Assembly (NCBI GenBank): GCA_964572475.1
Contig: CAZNEZ010000006.1
Location: 6,389-70,388, forward strand
DNA length: 64,000 nt
From: an uncultured Lachnospiraceae bacterium
GTDB lineage: Bacteria; Bacillota; Clostridia; Lachnospirales; Lachnospiraceae
Direction of reading: 5' to 3'
Numbering within the stretch: the stretch's first letter is position 1; every line of letters starts with the position of its first letter. This document shows, piece by piece, positions 57,751-64,000 of this stretch. The notes under the pieces were generated by a model. The model searched no databases and was not told where the DNA came from. It saw nothing but the letters and a program-made list of their open reading frames with translations. A program made the translations under genes and the position numbers.

Positions 57751-60297
57751 ATGAGAAAACTTAAATCAAGAAAAAAAGATTTTATATACTTAGCTATATT
57801 AGTAATATTTACGTTAGTAATAATTAGTTTATTCAATAAGTCGGGCTACTATTTTGGCTCGGCTATTGATTGGATTAATCAACATATTTCAATTCCAGAC
57901 TATTTTAGAAAGGAATTCTATGCAACAGGTAATTTGATTCCCGATTTTGCAGGACAAATCGGAGGCGGTCAGAATATATTCAATTTTTCATATTACGGAT
58001 TACTGAGTCCAATTATTCTGTTTTCATATCTATTACCAATGGTTCCAATGTATGATTACCTCATTATGGTATCTATATTATCAGTGGTAATTTCAGCTGT
58101 ACTTATGTACATCTGGTTAAGAAAGAATAATCTAAAAGAGAGTGAATCATTTGTATCCACTCTATTTTTCGTACTAGCAACACCGCTAATATATCATAGT
58201 CATAGACATATGATGTTTGTTAACTATATGCCATTTTTAATATTAGCATTAATAGGTATTGATTCGTATTTTAAGAAAAAGAAACGTATACTAATGGTTT
58301 TAGGTATATTTCTTATGATTATGACAAGCTATTATTATAGTGTCTCTGGAATATGTGCCGCATCTGCCTATGCAGTATATAAGTATCTAATTACAAATAA
58401 AGATACTAAGTTTAAAATCAAAGATTTTTTGATAGAGGGTGCAAAATATGCAGGACATGTTGTGGTTGCTGTTTTAATGGCAGGAGTACTTATTTTACCA
58501 ACACTTTCTGCACTTATGGATAGAATGAGCATAGACACAGAATCAAGTGGTGGAAAATCATTTATCTCATTAGTTCTTCCGAATGGTGATTTTTCAAATG
58601 TATTATATTCTAGTTATGGAATGGGACTCACAGCCTTCTTTATACTTGTAATAATTGGGCTTTTAACAATAAAAGATAGACATACAAGATTTCTAGGTGT
58701 TGTTTTGGGAATTATAGTTGTTTTGCCAGTATTTACTTATATTTTGAATGGTACGTTATATTCCAGATCTAAAGTTTTGATACCATTTTTAACACTGGCA
58801 GGACTTGGAATTGGTATTGTAATAAGAGATATCAGAAAAATACTAATGAGATTTAAGCCGTTTATTGTAACACTAAGTGTTATAGTTATTATAGGAATTA
58901 TTAAGACTTCTGGAGATAGCAAGGCCGTATTTTTTGTTGATATGACTTTTGTTTTGTTATCTCTGTGGGCTTTTGTAAGATGGAAGAAGAAAGTTTTATT
59001 GTATGCAACATCACTTATTATTGCACTAATTAGCTGCATTGTTTCTAATCAAAGCGAAAGTTTTGTAGCAGCAGATGTAATTAATGATATATACAATAGT
59101 GATAAGCAGCAGGTTATTGATGATGTGCTTGATAAGGAGCTATATGGTACTTTTAGAAGTGACGACCTTACCAGAACTAAACAGACAGGAAATAATATTT
59201 ACAATGCTAATTTCTTTAGGACATCTATCTATTCATCTGCATATGTAGGAAGTTATAATAAGCTATTTCATGATACTTTTAGCAATCCCAATCCAGCATG
59301 CAACAGATTGAATTCTACAAGTAGCAATAATATTATATTTGAAACTTTAATGGGTGTTAAATATGCTGTATCAAAGAGTGAAGCACCTATTGGTTATGAG
59401 TTTGTAGAGCAATGTGGAGATTATAAGATATATAGGAATGATCATGTATTTTCACTTGGTTATGCAGCATCAGACATTATGAGTCTTAAGGAATATGATA
59501 AACTTGATACTTGTGACCAGATGATTGCATTATTAAAATATGTTATTGTAGATAAGGATATAAGCGAAGTATATTCAGATTTAACAACAGAAGAGAAAGA
59601 TATTGAATTACCAATCAGTAAGTCTGAAGAAGAAGGATATTTATATCACTACAAGTCTAATACTACAACCAAGTTTACAGTTAATACACCTGAAAATTAT
59701 AATGATAAGATATATATAATTGACATTATTTTTGATAAAGAACTTGCAAATGATGATATTCGTATTAATATTAATGGAATTAAACAGGTTCTTAGTGCAG
59801 CAAATGCACCATATCCTAATAAGAACTATACATTTAGATATGTAATATCCTCAAATGAAGCTAAGAATACACTTAAATTTGAATTAAATGAAGGGGATTA
59901 CTACATTAAAGATGTTAAAGTAAGAAGCATTGATTATGATGATGTTAAAGGGTATAAGGCTGAAAAAGATGAATTTGTAATGAATGAGAGAAAAACTGAT
60001 AATATTATTACAGGTTCAGTTGATGTAACAAAAGATGGATATTTTGCACTAACTATTCCAAATGCCGATGGATTTACAGCTTATGTTGATGGAAAAGTTA
60101 CAGATATAGAAACAGTGGATACTTCATTTATAGGATTTGAAATTACTAAAGGGCATCACGATATTAAAATAGTATATAATGCTCCAAAGTTAAAAGCAGG
60201 AAAGATGCTGTCTATAACAGGTGTTATACTATTTACATGTCTGATAGTTATACAAGTGGTTGATTTCAAAAAGAAGAATAAGAAGGAAAAAGAATGA
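57751..60297 (+). CDS. YfhO family membrane protein (putative cell-envelope glycopolymer glycosyltransferase)
   Basis: ~850 aa. Many N-terminal TM helices, a large extracytoplasmic C-terminal half and a terminal TM helix, as in YfhO. Start is ATG 57751 or ATG 57718. Confidence 0.6.
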   Translation: MRKLKSRKKDFIYLAILVIFTLVIISLFNKSGYYFGSAIDWINQHISIPDYFRKEFYATGNLIPDFAGQIGGGQNIFNFSYYGLLSPIILFSYLLPMVPMYDYLIMVSILSVVISAVLMYIWLRKNNLKESESFVSTLFFVLATPLIYHSHRHMMFVNYMPFLILALIGIDSYFKKKKRILMVLGIFLMIMTSYYYSVSGICAASAYAVYKYLITNKDTKFKIKDFLIEGAKYAGHVVVAVLMAGVLILPTLSALMDRMSIDTESSGGKSFISLVLPNGDFSNVLYSSYGMGLTAFFILVIIGLLTIKDRHTRFLGVVLGIIVVLPVFTYILNGTLYSRSKVLIPFLTLAGLGIGIVIRDIRKILMRFKPFIVTLSVIVIIGIIKTSGDSKAVFFVDMTFVLLSLWAFVRWKKKVLLYATSLIIALISCIVSNQSESFVAADVINDIYNSDKQQVIDDVLDKELYGTFRSDDLTRTKQTGNNIYNANFFRTSIYSSAYVGSYNKLFHDTFSNPNPACNRLNSTSSNNIIFETLMGVKYAVSKSEAPIGYEFVEQCGDYKIYRNDHVFSLGYAASDIMSLKEYDKLDTCDQMIALLKYVIVDKDISEVYSDLTTEEKDIELPISKSEEEGYLYHYKSNTTTKFTVNTPENYNDKIYIIDIIFDKELANDDIRININGIKQVLSAANAPYPNKNYTFRYVISSNEAKNTLKFELNEGDYYIKDVKVRSIDYDDVKGYKAEKDEFVMNERKTDNIITGSVDVTKDGYFALTIPNADGFTAYVDGKVTDIETVDTSFIGFEITKGHHDIKIVYNAPKLKAGKMLSITGVILFTCLIVIQVVDFKKKNKKEKE

Positions 60298-62189
60298 AGT
60301 TTAATAAATTCATTACATCAAAGAAAACAGTAACATATCTTTATATACCATTGATATTTACTATGGCGATAGAAGTGTTTTATAGACTATGTAATCTAAA
60401 ATTTGCTACGTGGGTTTATATTCCTGCACTAATTTTAGAATTTGCAATTATTGAAGCATTAATGATTATTTTTATATCTATTAGCAATAGCTCTAAGGTT
60501 GCGACAATAATAATTGCTATATTGCTTCTAATATTGTCTATTGCCAATCAGATTAAGATTCAATATTCAGATAACCCGATATTTATATCAGATTTGATGT
60601 TTGTTGATTCGGGAGATACATTTATAGATATTCTAAAAGATACAATCTATGATATGATATCAAATTTTATTCAACCTATAAAAATATTAGTATTTTTACT
60701 AGGTTCAGCGGTTGCCGTTGGATGTTTAAACAATATAAATTCTTACGCTATAAAGAAAAGACTGATTATGGGAGGCGCTTCGTGTGCAGGAATAATTTTT
60801 ATTTTGCTACCAATCACTCCTGTTAACAATGTGATTTTACATGTATTCTATAGCCTTGGTACAAGGAATATGGAATATTCAACTAATAACATAGTATATT
60901 ACAATAAATATGGTGTTATATCCGGAATGTGTGGACAACTCGTAGAAAATTATTTGGTTAAGCCAGATAGCTATACAGATGAAAGTCTGGATAGTATTTT
61001 ATCTAAATATGATGATAGAGAAACTGTTGGCGATTGGAATAAACCTAATATTATTATGGTATTTTCGGAATCGTTTTGGGATATTGAAAAAATTAGTAAT
61101 CAGGTGGAGTTTGATACAGATATAACCTCTAATTTTAATTCTCTAAAGAAGAAAGGTATATCATTTAACATGATTTCGCCTTCATTTGGGGGAATTTCCG
61201 CTAATCCAGAGTTAGAGATGCTTACAGGCTGCAGTCTTAAGTTTTTTAATAATGGATATATTCCATATATGCAGCTGATTAGAGGCGATAAATACTATAT
61301 GATGCCATCTGTTGTAAAGGAGCTTAATAATAATGACTATTATACAAAGATAGTATCAACATGGGGAAATAAGCTATTCAATTGTGAAGGAGTATATGAA
61401 TACTATCAGGTTGATGATGTAGAATATAAGAGTAATCTGAAAAATGCTAAGAAAAAGGGTGATAGAGTCTCAGATGAGTATATTACTGATAAAATAATTG
61501 ATGAATTTTCAAGAAAGCCAGTTGGGGAACAATGGTTTTATATGGTTTTGACAGCCCAGGCACATATGCCATATCTGGCAGACAAATATTCTGAAGATGA
61601 ATATGATATTTCCATTACAAATAGTAATCTTCCAGATGATATGAATGAAACACTTAGGTCATATGCACAAGGAATATATGATGCGGATAAGCAGTTGGGA
61701 AGACTGAATGAATATATACAGACTCTTGATGAGGATACAATAATTATATTCTATGGAGACCATCTTCCATATCTTAAAACGGAAGAGAGTCAGGATATAT
61801 ATGAATATTTGGATTATTTTAATACAGATGATGAGTTAACAAATACATATAGAAAGTATAATACAGAATGCTTAATATTGGCTAATTTTGATTTGAAAGA
61901 TGATGTGGATTATTTAGGTTCAGATCTTGTTATGTCATATGTGTTTAATCATATGAATATTAAGGTATCCAGCTATTATAAATGGCTAAATGCTACTAAA
62001 GATAAGCTGCCAGTGGGTAATCTAGAGGTATGTGCAGACTCAGAAGGAAATTTATATAAGACAACGGAGTTACCAACAAAGATGAAACGTCAGTTTGACA
62101 TTCGAGAACAGATGAACTGGAAATTCTTTGTGGAAGTGGTACCAGACGGTGTTGAAATAGAAACACCATCGAGTGAAGATAAAGATTAA
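60294..62189 (+). CDS. LTA synthase family (sulfatase/alkaline-phosphatase superfamily) membrane protein
   Basis: Five N-terminal TM helices followed by the external domain NIIMVFSESFW ... GGISANPELEMLTG ... TAQAHMPY ... FYGDHLP. ATGA overlap with the YfhO gene. Confidence 0.75.
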   Translation: MKFNKFITSKKTVTYLYIPLIFTMAIEVFYRLCNLKFATWVYIPALILEFAIIEALMIIFISISNSSKVATIIIAILLLILSIANQIKIQYSDNPIFISDLMFVDSGDTFIDILKDTIYDMISNFIQPIKILVFLLGSAVAVGCLNNINSYAIKKRLIMGGASCAGIIFILLPITPVNNVILHVFYSLGTRNMEYSTNNIVYYNKYGVISGMCGQLVENYLVKPDSYTDESLDSILSKYDDRETVGDWNKPNIIMVFSESFWDIEKISNQVEFDTDITSNFNSLKKKGISFNMISPSFGGISANPELEMLTGCSLKFFNNGYIPYMQLIRGDKYYMMPSVVKELNNNDYYTKIVSTWGNKLFNCEGVYEYYQVDDVEYKSNLKNAKKKGDRVSDEYITDKIIDEFSRKPVGEQWFYMVLTAQAHMPYLADKYSEDEYDISITNSNLPDDMNETLRSYAQGIYDADKQLGRLNEYIQTLDEDTIIIFYGDHLPYLKTEESQDIYEYLDYFNTDDELTNTYRKYNTECLILANFDLKDDVDYLGSDLVMSYVFNHMNIKVSSYYKWLNATKDKLPVGNLEVCADSEGNLYKTTELPTKMKRQFDIREQMNWKFFVEVVPDGVEIETPSSEDKD

Positions 62190-62713
62190 AATAAAAAAAT
62201 TAAAAAAAATGCAAAAAGGGTGTTGTAAATCACCCCTTAATCTCGTTTATATATATAGGAGAACAAAATAATAGCATTTTATTGGGTAAATAGAAACTGT
62301 TAAATCACAAGGTAGTGCAAAATGAGGAATATTATGATTAATATAGGAGTTATTATGTATGAAAAAACACTAATTATATTTAATAAAGTATTATAAATTA
62401 ATATGTGAGATTACTATGATTAATATACGAATGTATCGAGGGGGTTAAAATAAAAAAGAGTTAAGATAATTTATATAAGAAATTAGTATTAAAAGTAGAG
62501 TGTGTAGAAATATACACCCTGCTTTTTTGAAAAATAGGAAACTAAGCAGAAGAGTAAAATATTTAAGAAGGACTGCAAAAGTACATATTTGAAAAGCTAA
62601 TAATATGTGTTAATTAATAATAATACTTAATGTATACAAATGATATATAGTATTATATAATTAAAAAAATAAATTTGTATGCGTACAATAAATACGCGGA
62701 AATGAGGAATATT

Positions 62714-62974
62714 ATGACTGACTATGATGATTCATCAACTTATTCAACTGCCTCTGGAAACAGCCAATTACGTTATGTTGTTTTGCAGGTAACCCTGAAA
62801 GAGAAATTTATAGGAACTGGATCAGGTAACTTAACAGCATTAGAGAATGTAATTAATGAGCAGGCTTCAAAAGGCTATAGGTTACATACTATTACTACTG
62901 CATCAGCTAGCAGTGGTGGATTTCTCGGCGGTGACAGAATTCAGGCAACAATGGTATTTGAAAAGCTAGTATAA
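62714..62974 (+). CDS. small DUF4177-like protein
   Basis: 86 aa. YVVLQV...LENVINEQASKGYRLHTI...MVFEK pattern. ATG 62714 with SD GAGGAA is preferred to the listed TTG 62675. Confidence 0.5.
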   Translation: MTDYDDSSTYSTASGNSQLRYVVLQVTLKEKFIGTGSGNLTALENVINEQASKGYRLHTITTASASSGGFLGGDRIQATMVFEKLV

Positions 62975-63029
62975 TTGTAAAAGGTTAAATATTTTTTAGA
63001 GAATAGTTTATGTAATGAAGAATGCGTAG

Positions 63030-63097
63030 CAACATAGAACATTTAAGAAGAATGCTCCGCATTCTTCCAAGCGCTTGTGCCGACAAGCGCTTTTTTT
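63030..63097 (+). repeat. twin-hairpin intergenic element, copy 4
   Basis: CAACATAGAACATTTAA + GAAGAATGC-TCC-GCATTCTTC + CC + AAGCGCTTGT-GCCG-ACAAGCGCTT + T7. Confidence 0.9.
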
Positions 63098-63169
63098 AAG
63101 AGAAAGTTTATATCCCTCTTTTTATCTATGTGTTATAATAAATAAAACACATAGAAAGGTAGTTTTTGC

Positions 63170-64000
63170 ATGAAACTAAGCGCAAAGATTAAATTATCAT
63201 TTGTAATTATTACAGTAGTGCCTATGATGATGGTAGCAATTGTAGTATTAGGTCTTGGCAGATATCAGATTAGTGTTATAGAAAAGTATTATAATGTAGA
63301 CATCAGTGATTATGAAACTTTGTATAATCCCATTAAGTTTGCAGATATTATGACTGAGAATGTAGAGAATAATATACTTTCGGAGTTGGAGTCTAACAGT
63401 GGCAAATTAGAAGATAGAGAGTACTTAGAGCAGATTAATAGTAAACTTATCAGCAAATATTCATATGTAATTTTAAGATGTGGTAATGATATTCTTTATT
63501 CGGGAAGTGATGAGGATAAAGATATTGTGGATTTACTTCCTAAGTATCAAAGTAATACTTATAGTAATAGTATGTGCACATATTATGGTGGTGACAGGCA
63601 ATGTATTATTAAACAAAATGATTTTATTGCACAAGATGGAACAGAATCGAGCATATTTGTAGTATCAAAGGTTGGAACAATAATACCTAGAATGAAATTT
63701 ATGATAATAGAAGTGCTAATAGCAGGTATCGCAATTACCTTGTTAACAGGAATGTTCCTTACTATATGGATATATAGAAGCGTTGTTAGACCAGTTAAAA
63801 AACTTCAGAAAGCAACAAAGAACATTGCTTCAGGTAATCTTGATTTTACTATAGTTGCAGCCGAAAAAGATGAATTTGGTGAATTGTGCGAAGACTTTGA
63901 AGAGATGAGGAAGCAGCTTAAGAATTCAGTAGAAGAGAATCTTCAATATGATCAGGAAAGCAAAGAGCTCATTAGTAACATTTCGCATGATTTAAAGACA
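63170..64000 (+). CDS. sensor histidine kinase, N-terminal part (3' end outside window; absent from the ORF track)
   Basis: The frame is open from ATG 63170 to the window edge. TM1 (FVIITVVPMMMVAIVVLGL), a ~150-aa external domain, TM2, a HAMP domain (RPVKKLQKATKNIASGNLDF...DEFGELCEDFEEMRKQL) and the H-box ELISNISHDLKT at the very end. Confidence 0.85.
   Translation, partial: MKLSAKIKLSFVIITVVPMMMVAIVVLGLGRYQISVIEKYYNVDISDYETLYNPIKFADIMTENVENNILSELESNSGKLEDREYLEQINSKLISKYSYVILRCGNDILYSGSDEDKDIVDLLPKYQSNTYSNSMCTYYGGDRQCIIKQNDFIAQDGTESSIFVVSKVGTIIPRMKFMIIEVLIAGIAITLLTGMFLTIWIYRSVVRPVKKLQKATKNIASGNLDFTIVAAEKDEFGELCEDFEEMRKQLKNSVEENLQYDQESKELISNISHDLKT

Overview
AT-rich chromosomal segment in which almost every gene is on the plus strand. 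It looks like a low-GC Firmicute of the Clostridia. The gene content resembles Lachnospiraceae, but the taxon is inference only. Most of the window is housekeeping: an ABC transporter, gdpP-rplI-dnaB, a MerR-like regulator, a 56-aa ferredoxin missing from the ORF track, mecA, and a GH18 plus Amidase_3 pair of spore-cortex type. Next come tsaC, a ywlE-like gene, rpiB and dCMP deaminase, followed by the complete F1Fo operon (atpZ-I-B-E-F-H-A-G-D-C). An arabinan/arabinose block holds a GH127 enzyme, a GH43 enzyme with two CBM13 lectin modules, and araR-araA-araD-tal plus a split transketolase. The rest is a small alarmone synthetase, Nudix, flavin reductase, dinB, aroK, an M23 peptidase, murA, a SAM-I riboswitch with metK, YfhO plus an LtaS-like gene, a DUF4177-like gene, and a histidine kinase that runs off the 3' edge and is also missing from the track. 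Five things deserve a second look. (1) A family of about 88-nt elements with two hairpins occurs four times. All copies share an identical 17-nt single-stranded leader, and the stems differ between copies while keeping full pairing. One copy sits inside the metK leader, flanked by a perfect 29-nt direct repeat. (2) A Hanks-type kinase is fused to a degenerate MinD/ParA/TadZ-like domain. It is followed by a second stand-alone degenerate copy of that domain and a single-pass membrane protein. (3) A cassette flanked by about 50-bp direct repeats encodes a small Sec-secreted protein, an intercistronic hairpin, two FtsX/MacB-type permeases and an ATPase. A consensus promoter with a long structured leader containing a 4x heptamer repeat lies upstream. 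(4) A primary-sigma-like protein lacks region 4. (5) Two enzyme homologues are catalytically degenerate: a LMW-PTP-like protein and a PRTase-like protein next to the alarmone synthetase. I saw no tRNA, rRNA, CRISPR array, transposase or integrase. All homology calls come from reading motifs by eye; no database search was run.
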